64,000 nt of DNA, taken from IMG/VR virus record IMGVR_UViG_3300050343_000182; one strand, given 5' to 3'. This document shows, piece after piece, positions 49,616-59,579 of the stretch. The notes beneath the pieces were generated by a model. The model ran no database searches. It saw only the letters and a program-made list of their open reading frames with translations, and was not told the DNA's origin. This DNA comes from a virus. A program made the position numbers and the translations under genes. Every line of letters starts with the position of its first letter. The stretch's first letter is position 1.

Positions 49616-50237
49616 TGTCTTCAAAGCACACCCATACGATCAAAGATCTGGTGTTGCCCACACATATCTAAGAAATAGTCAGGGTATTGGCATGAGTATT
49701 GCTGCCATGGGCGGCGATCCAGACTATTGGACTGTCCCTGTTAAGGATGTCCAGATTGAGGCTTTAGCGAAAGAGATTGCAAATGCTGCTAAAGCGTGGG
49801 GTTGGAGTGCTCATGATATTACTGTTAAGAATGTGATGACTCACGCTGAAGCAGCGTCTGGTAAAGATGGTCAACTACCTCGTAATGATAACTATGGTCC
49901 TACTATGTGGGGTGGTGATGGCACTCGATGGGACCTCTTACGTTTGACTAAGGGTGGTGAAGACGGATCAGGTGGTAACATCTTGCGTGCTAAGGCACGC
50001 GGGTATATGGGTGGCGACTCCACTGTTAGGGAAACAGATGGTAGTACGTCCTCCTCCTCTAGTAATTCAGGTGGTGGTGGTGGTAGTGACAACCAAACGC
50101 AGTCACCACAATCAAAACAAGATGCTAAAGATATAAAACCCGCAAAACCCAAGACTCTTGAAGAGATGCTGGAGGCATTCAAGACAGGTTTAACATCTGC
50201 CTTGACAAAGATCAGCACCAACGTGCCCAAGAGCTAA
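49608..50237 (+). CDS. N-terminally truncated amidase_2-like domain plus linker; probable frameshifted continuation of the 47603 gene
   Basis: AHTYLRNSQGIG...QIEALAK...VMTHAEAA; begins in the +1 frame at the upstream stop. Confidence 0.55.
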   Translation: MGSVFKAHPYDQRSGVAHTYLRNSQGIGMSIAAMGGDPDYWTVPVKDVQIEALAKEIANAAKAWGWSAHDITVKNVMTHAEAASGKDGQLPRNDNYGPTMWGGDGTRWDLLRLTKGGEDGSGGNILRAKARGYMGGDSTVRETDGSTSSSSSNSGGGGGSDNQTQSPQSKQDAKDIKPAKPKTLEEMLEAFKTGLTSALTKISTNVPKS

Positions 50238-50511
50238 TCCTACTAAATCTGCAGAAGAACTCCCTGGAAACCCTGTTGCTACTAATCCAACAGTCTCCGC
50301 CCCTTCTGAGATTAAGCAGCTAGGATCTGTCCGAGATAAAGCTGTCAAGGATCTTAAATCAATTGGAGACAAAGCACAACGTGACGAGGATGCAAACTTT
50401 CTCCCCGTTATTACAGAGCGTTTAGTAATACAAAAGGTCAGACAGACGATAAATACAAAAGGGAGCACTAGCGCAGTGTATACCAAACCTTCGCCACTTC
50501 TCACTAAGTAA
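50206..50511 (+). pseudogene. start-less open frame, probable C-terminus of tape-measure paralog 1
   Basis: about 100 open codons (PRANPTK...KPSPLLTK*) ending in TAATG overlap with next gene. Confidence 0.55.
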
Positions 50512-53500
50512 TGGCATCACCAAAAGCACCATCAACTAAGGTCTCAAAACCAAAACTTTATAAGATGATATCTTATAAGGGCACTGGTGGTGGCAAGAAG
50601 TTTACGCCTCTTACTGCTGCTGATGAGTTAGGTAAGATTGTCAAGGATCAGAATAAAGCATTTAAGACTATCACCTCAGGTATGAATTCCTTGGGTGCAT
50701 CTATGAACGGTATTGCTCTCCAAGTGGAGGCAATGACTCAAGCGATGAAGGATAGAGTCTCTGCTAAGATCAGAGGCGACAATATTACTAAGAAGCAAGA
50801 GGTTGCTGCAGATAAACTAGAGCAAACAAGAGAAAAGAAGAAGACTGCTGAAGAGAAGCGTAGAGAATTAAAGAAGAAGAGAGAAGAGTTAGAAAATAAG
50901 AGCGAGAAGAAGGAAAAGAAGGCAGGATCTCAGGTAGTCCAGAATTTTAAGGAGGCAGCAAAAGGTGCCTTCGGTGGATTCCTTGGTGCTATTGCTAGAT
51001 TCTTAGGTGGTATCTTTAAGATCTTCATTGCATTTGCTGCATTGGATTGGATCTCTAAGAATCCAGATAAGGTCCAGAAACTTGTAGAAGGACTTGCTGC
51101 TATTGGTAAGTTTGTCTGGAAGATAACGTCATTCCTAGTGGGGTCGGCGTTTGATGGACTGGTGAAGTTTATGGAGAATCCTATATCTCTGAAAGGGATT
51201 ATAGGATTAGGACAGTTCCTGCTGTCTGCTGCTCCTATATTCCTGGGGATAGCATTCCTCAAGAATCCATTAGCGACTGCTAAGACTGTCGGATGGGTTG
51301 TCAGTAGTCTGATCAAAGGTATCCTAAACATTGGTAAGGCAGCGAAAGCTGGTGCCAAGATTAGGAAGTTTGCAGGCAGTAAACTCGGTAAGGGTTTGAT
51401 TGCTGGTGGTCTAGGTGTTAGTGCATTCATAGGCGAGAAAGCTGCTGGTGCTAGCACTTCAGAGGCGGTTGGTGCTGGTGTAGGCACCGCTGGTGGTGCC
51501 ATGGTTGGTGAAGCTATTGGTAGTAAACTCGGTGGTCCCCTTGGTGGGATGATCGGTGGTGCTGCTGGTGCATTCGTTGGCGGTAAAGCAGGTAAAGCAA
51601 TCGGTGGGTTTATGGAACCCATCTTCAAACCAATCGGCAGATTCTTCAGCATGATTGGTGATGTCTTTAAGCAGGTGATGGCACCTATTAAAGATAATCT
51701 GAGTGGTTTCTTTGAAGTCCTTGGGTCAGTAATGACTCAGGTGCTTAACTTCATCGAGCCTCACCTCCCAATGATCAGTAAGATCCTGGGTGTTGGCATC
51801 CAGGTCATGTTTGCTCCTCTATTCTTAGGACTCAAAGCACTGACTGCAGTGCTGAAATTCTTTGCACCTAAGACAGATGAGGTAGATAAGGAGAAGAGTA
51901 AGGCAGGTAAGGCAGCAGGAGGGTCCTTCCAGACCGCTAAGATGGTCCAACCTAAGATGGCATCTGGTGGGTCATTTAACCTGCAAGATGAGATGGCAAA
52001 GCAACTTCGCAAGACTGCGAAGGTTGCTAAAGCTTTCGGTCAGTTGATGCAACTCCCATTCAAAGCACTGGGTGTTGGCATTATGACTGCCATCGGTGGT
52101 ATTGGTAAAGTATTCGGAGCATTCCTCCCTGCACCTATTAGGAACATGCTAGGTGCAATGATCGCACCTCTTGCTAAGATCTTTGGTGTATCAACTTCTG
52201 TTATTGGTGGTAGTGCTGCCAATAAAGAAGATATGAAGGGTGAGGATAAAGGAAAGGCAGCGAAAGATCCAGGAATGACCTGGGATGAGAAACTCCTAGA
52301 GGTTATCGCTGGTGATAATGGCACTATCGGACTATTAGGTAAACTATTCACAGCAATTGTAGAGCATCCCATCTTCAAGGGTGTGAAGGCAGTAGCAGGA
52401 GGTATCCTGGGTGCTGTTGGTAACTTCTTTGGATTCGCTCAAGGTGGTCAGGTGCCACAGTCGTTACCACAGAAGTCGATGGGTGGATGGATCTCTGGTC
52501 CTCAGTCTGGTTACCCTGTGTCACTAGATGGTGGTGCTAGCACGTCATTCATTGGTCATGGCACTGAGTGGGTTGGTATGAAAGGATTTGCAGGTGGTGG
52601 CGCATTTGTTGTGCCATTTGACACTCCTGCAACCAGAACTAATCCTGGTCTTACTCATCAGAGAATAGGTGAGGCATCTCGTGGTGGATACTCCATGCCT
52701 TTCTCTAGGGGTGGATTCCTACCTCAGTTTGCTGATGGTGGTAAGTTTGACCCTGTAAAGTATAAGAAAGATAGTTTCCAAGCAAGTAGAGTTGTCCTAA
52801 ATGACAAGTCATACTATGTAACTTATGGATATAATGAGGGTAATGTAACTATCAAGTCAATGTCCAAGAGGACAAAGGCAGGTAACTTATTTGGAATGGG
52901 TGAAGAGAGAGCTGGTGTTAAACCAGACAGTGATGAATTTAAGGCAGTAATGAATTCAGGTGGTCTGAAGTCTGACATTGCCAATAGACATAAGACCCAA
53001 GGCACGAAGGGGACATCTACAGCAGCAAATATCAAAGAGATTAAGATTCATCCAAAGGCAGATACAGCATACTGGTTTAATAAATCATTCCAAGATCATA
53101 AAGCAGCAGGTGCTAGTAATCAAAATGCAGCGAGGGCAGCAACAGAGGGTTATCAGATTGACCCTGTAACTAAGATGTCAGTCAAACCTGGCGCTGACAA
53201 TGAGTTTGCAGCACCTGAGACTATGAAGGATGCTGTCGTAACCGATAAAGAACGTAAGGTAGAAGAGAAAGCAGCAAAGGATGCTGCTAAAGATAAGACA
53301 GACAAGAAAGGAGAATCTGCTGATGATATCATCGATAGACTCTTTGGTAAAGAAGTAGATGGTAAAAGAGATGGTGGGTTCCTTAAGAAAGGTCTTAAAG
53401 AATTAGATAAGGCTCTGCCTAAAAATACTTCTGGCACTAAAATGGAAGAGAGTCAGCAGAAGAAGGCTACAACTAAGATAGATACATTGAAGGCAATGAC

Positions 53501-53681
53501 CGCCCAACGTGATGCTGCAATGCAACCTTTTGTAACCAATAAAGAAGAAGCACCTATCATGGGTGGTGAAGATAATGAAATCATTGTCCCTGGTCTCGAT
53601 AAGAATGACGCTGATGACTTCTTGATGCCTAAATTTGGTGTCCTCACTGAGTTTAATTCCACCCTTAGTAACTTAATGTAA
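50511..53681 (+). CDS. tape-measure-like protein, paralog 2 (1056 aa)
   Basis: same architecture as 47603 gene: coiled coil, ALDWISKNP, GAGVG/AAGG repeats. Confidence 0.65.
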   Translation: MASPKAPSTKVSKPKLYKMISYKGTGGGKKFTPLTAADELGKIVKDQNKAFKTITSGMNSLGASMNGIALQVEAMTQAMKDRVSAKIRGDNITKKQEVAADKLEQTREKKKTAEEKRRELKKKREELENKSEKKEKKAGSQVVQNFKEAAKGAFGGFLGAIARFLGGIFKIFIAFAALDWISKNPDKVQKLVEGLAAIGKFVWKITSFLVGSAFDGLVKFMENPISLKGIIGLGQFLLSAAPIFLGIAFLKNPLATAKTVGWVVSSLIKGILNIGKAAKAGAKIRKFAGSKLGKGLIAGGLGVSAFIGEKAAGASTSEAVGAGVGTAGGAMVGEAIGSKLGGPLGGMIGGAAGAFVGGKAGKAIGGFMEPIFKPIGRFFSMIGDVFKQVMAPIKDNLSGFFEVLGSVMTQVLNFIEPHLPMISKILGVGIQVMFAPLFLGLKALTAVLKFFAPKTDEVDKEKSKAGKAAGGSFQTAKMVQPKMASGGSFNLQDEMAKQLRKTAKVAKAFGQLMQLPFKALGVGIMTAIGGIGKVFGAFLPAPIRNMLGAMIAPLAKIFGVSTSVIGGSAANKEDMKGEDKGKAAKDPGMTWDEKLLEVIAGDNGTIGLLGKLFTAIVEHPIFKGVKAVAGGILGAVGNFFGFAQGGQVPQSLPQKSMGGWISGPQSGYPVSLDGGASTSFIGHGTEWVGMKGFAGGGAFVVPFDTPATRTNPGLTHQRIGEASRGGYSMPFSRGGFLPQFADGGKFDPVKYKKDSFQASRVVLNDKSYYVTYGYNEGNVTIKSMSKRTKAGNLFGMGEERAGVKPDSDEFKAVMNSGGLKSDIANRHKTQGTKGTSTAANIKEIKIHPKADTAYWFNKSFQDHKAAGASNQNAARAATEGYQIDPVTKMSVKPGADNEFAAPETMKDAVVTDKERKVEEKAAKDAAKDKTDKKGESADDIIDRLFGKEVDGKRDGGFLKKGLKELDKALPKNTSGTKMEESQQKKATTKIDTLKAMTAQRDAAMQPFVTNKEEAPIMGGEDNEIIVPGLDKNDADDFLMPKFGVLTEFNSTLSNLM

Positions 53682-55051
53682 TGGCAGACAATCAGTCAAG
53701 AGAATTCAAGTGTAATAAGATTACTCTAACTACACTCAGAGATGAGAAAGAGTATAACATTAAGGAGATGGTGGGAAACTTTCTCTACTATGAGTCTATT
53801 GAGGCACCATTTGTACGCATTGAGCTTACGATGATTGACTCTATTGATTTTAACTTGAATCTCCAGGGTGGTGAGAAAGTTGAAGTCAACCTAAAGACCT
53901 TAGCAGCGGATGGTAAAGGCATCTTAAAGTTGGACTTCAAAGTCTATAAGATTGGTGACATCATCAAATCTGAGAGAGGACAGATGTATAAACTCTTCTG
54001 TTGCTCACCAGAGATGTATAACAATGAGTTGAATAAAGTTTTCAAAGCATTTGGTCCTATTGACGAGGGTTCATCTAAGGATGCTGAGAATATTCCCAAG
54101 TTTGTTACAAAGAAATACTTAAAAGCACCTAACAAGAGAGTTAAGGAAGAGAATTTTGAAGCACACTCTAGAGTTATGGTTGTATCTCCTAACTGGAGAC
54201 CTGTGGACCTTATCTCATATGTCTCTGACAAGGTTACTAGGGTAACAGAAGGTAAGGGGAGCGAAAAGCAATCTGGATTCCTGTTCTTTGAAACTAATAA
54301 CGGATATAACTTTAAGTCTATTGACCTGTTGTGTAAGCAGGGGGTTACTTTTACATATACATACAAACAGCAGGGTCAACTAGAAGACGGTGACGCGGGG
54401 TATTACAATATTGAATCTATTCAATATCCCGATAAGGCAAACCATCTCAGACATATGAGACTGGGAACATATAAAACAGTTACCACTGGTATCTGTGTAA
54501 CTATTCCTACCAATAGTAATGCCACACAGTCAGGTGCTAGTAACAATAAAAAGTCTGCACCCTCAGGCACGGTATATGGTGCTAGAGAGACTGCCTTTGA
54601 TACTATCTTCGGAAGAGCTACGACCCTTCATAATGCACCCCCATTTGATATGCCTGAGGAGGTCAAGGGGGAAGGTGCATCTCCCACTAGACAGAAGATG
54701 AGAGTGATCCCTATGCTTGCCCATCAACAGGGCGACACAGGTAAACCGCAAGGAGATCCTGACAATGGGACTCAATCCTTCGACACATTGGCAGTTGCAG
54801 AATACGCAGCAGCTAGATATAATCTAATGAAAGCAATTCAGTTAACCATCACGGTACCTGGAAACACTGCACTCTGTGCAGGTGACATTATCAAGTTAGT
54901 CATACCTGGATCTCGCGAGAAGGGTAAGAGTGTTACCAAAGATAGGAAATTTAGCGGGAAGTATCTCATTGCTGCCCATACATTTACCTACACTAAGAAA
55001 GGTTGCACTTCTGAATTGCTTTTAGTTAGAGACTCAATTCCCAGCAAGTAA
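53681..55051 (+). CDS. baseplate hub protein (gp27-like)
   Basis: YYESIEAPF, FLFFET..GYNFKSID, GD.I.L...SGKYLI. Confidence 0.7.
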   Translation: MADNQSREFKCNKITLTTLRDEKEYNIKEMVGNFLYYESIEAPFVRIELTMIDSIDFNLNLQGGEKVEVNLKTLAADGKGILKLDFKVYKIGDIIKSERGQMYKLFCCSPEMYNNELNKVFKAFGPIDEGSSKDAENIPKFVTKKYLKAPNKRVKEENFEAHSRVMVVSPNWRPVDLISYVSDKVTRVTEGKGSEKQSGFLFFETNNGYNFKSIDLLCKQGVTFTYTYKQQGQLEDGDAGYYNIESIQYPDKANHLRHMRLGTYKTVTTGICVTIPTNSNATQSGASNNKKSAPSGTVYGARETAFDTIFGRATTLHNAPPFDMPEEVKGEGASPTRQKMRVIPMLAHQQGDTGKPQGDPDNGTQSFDTLAVAEYAAARYNLMKAIQLTITVPGNTALCAGDIIKLVIPGSREKGKSVTKDRKFSGKYLIAAHTFTYTKKGCTSELLLVRDSIPSK

Positions 55052-55056
55052 CTGAA

Positions 55057-55284
55057 ATGGAAAGCATCGAAAAGCACATCCAAAAAGATAAAGAGATCCT
55101 AGACAATCCTATGATCTCACCTAATCAACGTCGCCACATTGAAGGCGAGTTGCATGAATTGGAGGATTATGCTGAGCATCACAAGAAAGAGATTGAAGAA
55201 GGAGATCATCATGATCCCACATACCTAGAGCTCTTCTGTGATCAGAATCCTTCTGAACCTGAGTGTTTGGTTTACGAGGATTGA
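55057..55284 (+). CDS. cp12: CP12 Calvin-cycle inhibitor
   Basis: LELFCDQNPSEPECLVYED C-terminal motif. Confidence 0.92.
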   Translation: MESIEKHIQKDKEILDNPMISPNQRRHIEGELHELEDYAEHHKKEIEEGDHHDPTYLELFCDQNPSEPECLVYED

Positions 55285-55330
55285 CAAAGATCTAATAATT
55301 TATTATAATAACCATGTAAGGGTTGAAGAG

Positions 55331-55792
55331 ATGAATAACTTTGAAGAGCTCTTATATGGGCACTATCGTAATAAACTGCAGGCACAGAGTAATCCCTCTC
55401 AATGGCCACAGATAGATATCAGGATTTGGCAAACATCATCTGGAATTTTTGAATCCAAATCCTGGTACAAGTATAAAGGTGAGAAAGAACCATATAATTG
55501 GTTAAGGTATAGGATCACCGAGTTTACTGAGGATACTGTTAAAACAGATATCTATAACTACTTGAGCACAGAGGACAGTTGTCCTTTTATCTGGACTTGG
55601 GATGGTAAATGGTGGACAGGTATTCCTGATGGTTGGTGTCAAGTAGGTAAGTTTTTAATCAAGTCTAGGATTCGATTCAACGGATTAGACTATAGGTCCT
55701 TGGATCAAGGATGGGATACTGAAACAGATAAACAAGCATGGGGTAAACCTGAAGCGGAAGGAGAATTCCAATTCGTATTACTCGATAAATAA
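55331..55792 (+). CDS. cpeT: CpeT/CpcT-like bilin lyase family protein
   Basis: GHYRNKLQAQSNP..WP, PY, SLDQGWD...WG. Confidence 0.8.
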   Translation: MNNFEELLYGHYRNKLQAQSNPSQWPQIDIRIWQTSSGIFESKSWYKYKGEKEPYNWLRYRITEFTEDTVKTDIYNYLSTEDSCPFIWTWDGKWWTGIPDGWCQVGKFLIKSRIRFNGLDYRSLDQGWDTETDKQAWGKPEAEGEFQFVLLDK

Positions 55793-55813
55793 TCACATAG
55801 AATTATTATTCAA

Positions 55814-58570
55814 ATGAGAGAACGCACTGATTACCTAGGACGGGACGGTTACACTTGGTGGATCGGGGAAGTTGAGAATATCAAGGACCCCTCTGAGATA
55901 GGTCGTGTCCAGGTGCGTATTCTCGGTTGGTATACTGGTCACAAGACAAAGCAGGCATATACCAAAGAGCTACCTACAAAGGTGCTGCCCTGGGCACAGG
56001 TGTTGTTACCTACGGACAAAGCACAGACTAAATCTGTTGGATCCACCACTGGATTGCAACCTGGCGCATGGGTCATGGGATTCTTCCTTGATGGTGATGA
56101 GGCACAGTTGCCTATTGTCATGGGTGCATTCCGTGGATTCCAAACAAAGGAAGATCCTAAGAAGAAAACGACTACTGCTGATGGCACAGTTGCAGAAGAG
56201 TTGAAGACCGAGAGTCCAACGAAGAAAGACTTAGCAGGTAATGAAAGAAATGATGGTAACCCATATCCTAAGAAGCAGACATCCACACCTGCACAACCTG
56301 GAGCGCCAGGTGGAGAAGAGGCTCGCGGCGTTATCTCTGCTGCTGAAGAAACTCTGCCTGGTAATGCTGTTACTAATCCTACTAAACCTCCTGTAGAGAA
56401 GCAGTCTATTGCTGACGGTGTTGCTGGTCCTAGTGGTGAAGGTTTCTCGACTGACCTAGAACGTATGCTCACAGAGTTGGGCAACATGGCAGCGACTCTT
56501 GCTAGTGGTCCTGGTGGATTCATCTCCCTTGCAACGGGTAAGAAGATTGCAGGCGATAAGGTGATGGAGCACATGGGTAAGATCATGAATTTCCTTGCTG
56601 GTGGTATCGCTGGTATTCTTGCACCATTGAAAGAATTACTTGCCAAACTCATTGCTGAGGTTGTTGGTAAGATTGTGCAAATCATCTCTAGTTTTGTCCC
56701 TCTGGTTGTGATCAACACAATCATGATGTTCCTTGAGATGATCTTTGATATCTTCTGCATGAAGAAACCGATGTGGTTGGGGCTAGTGCAAGCCGCAATA
56801 TCGGATGTCTCTGCGTTCGCTAATAATATAGCGTCGCAGATTGTGGATAAGATTGCTGATAAACTTAAAGGTGTTGACTCTGCTGTTAAGGGCGTTACTA
56901 ATCGTATCCTTAGTGGTATCACCAAGACAATGAATCGTGTTAAGGATATTGCTGGAGATGTGATCGCTGCTGTTGATATGGCAAAGGGTATTGCTGGTCA
57001 AGCAAGAGCACTTGGTTCCACAGTACAATCAATCTTTGAGTTTGACTTTACTCAACTCAACTGGGCAGGTCTAATTAAACTCCTGTTTGCCCTCCTGCAG
57101 GCATTCTTCAAGAAAGATTGCGGGAGGAAGATTAAACGACCGAAATCAAAGTCGTGGTATCCGTTAATCGGGACCACGGAATGTAACAATGTCAATGAAG
57201 CAATCGTTGGCACACCATACGCCAGTTATGATGATGCTGTCACTGGAAGCGGTAACAGCGGTAGTTACATCGATCAGATGTTTAGTAAGATCAATGTAAA
57301 CCTCATGGAGGTTGTTACCCAACTAAATGGTGCTAAGGAGATCAACGATGCGACCCCTGGTATTGAGAAACAAATCAAACAGGGTCCTGGTGGTGTTACT
57401 TCTTTCCAAGATGGACATGGTAACGAGCACAAGAATATCCCTAATAACGAAACTAAGATCGTTGCTAAGGATAAGTGTGAGACCATTAAAGGTAACTATG
57501 TGTTGACAGTTGAGGGTGACTTCTATCTGAAGGTCATGGGTAACTATCATGAGGAAGTAACAGGAGCTAAGAATGATAATGCTTCTCAGGGTCCTCAAGC
57601 AAAGTCTAAGGGATCATCTAAGAAGGCAGATAAGACTGAGGCAAAGAGTGACCTTGATGCTCAGGCAATCAAGTCAACTCAACGTTTCGACAGTCAGACT
57701 GGCACTGGCAGAAAGTCAACTAAGATTTCTGCTGCAGGAACTGATGTTACTTCCAGTTTAGATACTGGTGGTGCTGATAAGTCTTCTACTAGGAAGAAGA
57801 ATAAGAAGCAGGACATGATTAACATGGTCCATATTCAGCAGACTGAGCGTGATCAATACTTCAAGGCATTGCCTGGTGGTCACTTCTATCCTGTTGATGA
57901 GATTCCTTTCCATCCTGAGGCAGATGAACAGGGTAGAGTGCCATGGGGTAGTCAACTATCTGGTAACTTGGAAGACAAGAAAGAGCAGAAGTCTGCATCT
58001 CGTAAAGAGGGTGATCATGACATTGCATACACTGGTGACGTTAGTATTCAGGGTGCAAAGGTTAAGATCACTGCAATTAACTCACTAGCATTTAACTCTC
58101 AGACTATTAAGTCTGAAGCAAACACGATTGAAAACGTGGCATCTGGTGAGATTACTAACGAAGCAAACTGGATCTCTTCCTTCCTCAACAGTGGTAGATT
58201 CGAGATCGTTGCAGTATTCAACCCACTCAAAGCATTATCGGGTCAATTCACCTTTGTGAATGGTGCTATCATTGATATCACTACTGACCTTCCTATCCCT
58301 GGTCTTGCACCACCAACACAGACTAGGATCTGTCTGGGCACATCAATGCCTGCATCCATGAATGATATCATCATGGGATCTACTGCAGGTGTCCACTCAA
58401 CCTTCATCGCATCTCCTACAGGTGTGATCGCTGAGTTCGTGCCCACGGGTGCCCTGCTGAATCAGGTCGCTACTGGACTGATCCACACGGGTGTTGGCAC
58501 GGGTTACATGGCAACAGGTTGCGGACTCGGACCCCATCAGGTCTATGGCTTGCCATTACTGCTGAATTGA
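55814..58570 (+). CDS. gp5: baseplate hub / spike protein (T4 gp5 family), no recognisable lysozyme domain
   Basis: WWIGEVE...DP..GRVQVRILG, LPWA, WVMGFFLDG..AQLP..G OB domain; beta-helix repeats. Confidence 0.88.
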   Translation: MRERTDYLGRDGYTWWIGEVENIKDPSEIGRVQVRILGWYTGHKTKQAYTKELPTKVLPWAQVLLPTDKAQTKSVGSTTGLQPGAWVMGFFLDGDEAQLPIVMGAFRGFQTKEDPKKKTTTADGTVAEELKTESPTKKDLAGNERNDGNPYPKKQTSTPAQPGAPGGEEARGVISAAEETLPGNAVTNPTKPPVEKQSIADGVAGPSGEGFSTDLERMLTELGNMAATLASGPGGFISLATGKKIAGDKVMEHMGKIMNFLAGGIAGILAPLKELLAKLIAEVVGKIVQIISSFVPLVVINTIMMFLEMIFDIFCMKKPMWLGLVQAAISDVSAFANNIASQIVDKIADKLKGVDSAVKGVTNRILSGITKTMNRVKDIAGDVIAAVDMAKGIAGQARALGSTVQSIFEFDFTQLNWAGLIKLLFALLQAFFKKDCGRKIKRPKSKSWYPLIGTTECNNVNEAIVGTPYASYDDAVTGSGNSGSYIDQMFSKINVNLMEVVTQLNGAKEINDATPGIEKQIKQGPGGVTSFQDGHGNEHKNIPNNETKIVAKDKCETIKGNYVLTVEGDFYLKVMGNYHEEVTGAKNDNASQGPQAKSKGSSKKADKTEAKSDLDAQAIKSTQRFDSQTGTGRKSTKISAAGTDVTSSLDTGGADKSSTRKKNKKQDMINMVHIQQTERDQYFKALPGGHFYPVDEIPFHPEADEQGRVPWGSQLSGNLEDKKEQKSASRKEGDHDIAYTGDVSIQGAKVKITAINSLAFNSQTIKSEANTIENVASGEITNEANWISSFLNSGRFEIVAVFNPLKALSGQFTFVNGAIIDITTDLPIPGLAPPTQTRICLGTSMPASMNDIIMGSTAGVHSTFIASPTGVIAEFVPTGALLNQVATGLIHTGVGTGYMATGCGLGPHQVYGLPLLLN

Positions 58571-58601
58571 TGTATGATATGGGAGTCTTCATCATGCTCC
58601 C

Positions 58602-58796
58602 ATGTCCACTGACGAAACCTACCTTGAGCACATCTGGGTCAACATCTCTCAACGCACCATCAGAATGATGGACAACGAGGGTGTGGATGAGTTGATCAAA
58701 TGGAAGTTTGATGAAGAAGGTGCCGAGGGATTTCAGGAGACTATTGTTTCCTTCAATGAAAACCTTCCAAAAGATCTAATCACTTATCTCGCATGA
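58602..58796 (+). CDS. hypothetical protein
   Basis: ORF 64 aa. Confidence 0.7.
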   Translation: MSTDETYLEHIWVNISQRTIRMMDNEGVDELIKWKFDEEGAEGFQETIVSFNENLPKDLITYLA

Positions 58797-59041
58797 ATAG
58801 CATTATTACGTTATCCTGTGCAGAAGTCCAAGAAAACTTTGACTTCGTATTCTCTCTTGTTGAGAGAGGTCACACCATCAAAATCATCCATGACGGAGGA
58901 GTTTGTATGATGACCCCGCTTATCACAAAGGATAAAGGATCTGAGATAAATATCCCAGACCCTGAAGAATTTGTGCCTGATCCTGCTGCGGTCAGTGCAT
59001 ACGTTACAGAGTCACTAGGAGAAATGACGCAGAACTTCTAA
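58793..59041 (+). CDS. Phd/YefM-like small protein
   Basis: ITLSCAEVQENFDFVFSLVERGHTIKI. Confidence 0.5.
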   Translation: MNSIITLSCAEVQENFDFVFSLVERGHTIKIIHDGGVCMMTPLITKDKGSEINIPDPEEFVPDPAAVSAYVTESLGEMTQNF

Positions 59042-59042
59042 A

Positions 59043-59315
59043 ATGAATAAGATTCGGATCACAAGCTCGTTTCATCATTTGCAAGACATAGGTATAGTCC
59101 AGATGTATTTCATCCAGGGTATGCCGTTTACATTTGAAGAGCTTCCGAAGTTTATGAGTGAATTAGATGAAGTCAAACTCGATGCAGATACTGCACGAGA
59201 GTATACGTTAGACGATCTCTATACAGCATCAGATTATCTGGTGCTGGAAGGGTGTCATCCTATCTTGTTTGATCTTAGTGATTGGATTGAAAATTATGAG
59301 GAAGTCCCTGACTGA
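59043..59315 (+). CDS. conserved hypothetical protein
   Basis: MYFIQGMPFTF...YLVLEGCHP. Confidence 0.7.
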   Translation: MNKIRITSSFHHLQDIGIVQMYFIQGMPFTFEELPKFMSELDEVKLDADTAREYTLDDLYTASDYLVLEGCHPILFDLSDWIENYEEVPD

Positions 59316-59499
59316 ATATGATTTCGGTGGGAGACCTGTCACAGCGGTGGGTCTTCTGCTCCTAATTAGTGAGATGGAAGGTACATCCCAACATCTCAAA
59401 TATATGGGATTCCAGGAAGACATGGACACCATTAATGAAATGAAGAAGAGGTATTATAAACTCTACTTCAAAACAAAAAAGGAGGAGAAAAATGCCTAA
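59296..59499 (+). CDS. hypothetical protein
   Basis: YDFGGRPVT...YMGFQED...YYKLYFK. Confidence 0.65.
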   Translation: MRKSLTEYDFGGRPVTAVGLLLLISEMEGTSQHLKYMGFQEDMDTINEMKKRYYKLYFKTKKEEKNA

Positions 59500-59579
59500 G
59501 AAACAGTTTATCTCAAAAGGTGGAGACACCTGGGAATGGGAAGAAACTCCCGCTGTAGTTAAAGCAGTTAAAAAACTCT

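Noticed and set aside
50190-50504. Minus-strand 104-aa ORF filling the gap before the 1056-aa gene
   Set aside because: The plus-strand open frame has phage-like codons and ends in a TAATG overlap, a better explanation
55057-55792. cp12 and cpeT inside the baseplate module as a novelty
   Set aside because: Well-known cyanophage auxiliary genes; this placement is common as I recall
55939-56925. 328-aa antisense ORF in gp5, and similar ones at 47734-48348, 50930-51652, 29577-30074
   Set aside because: Mirror frames of strongly biased sense genes; low-complexity translations without RBS or motifs
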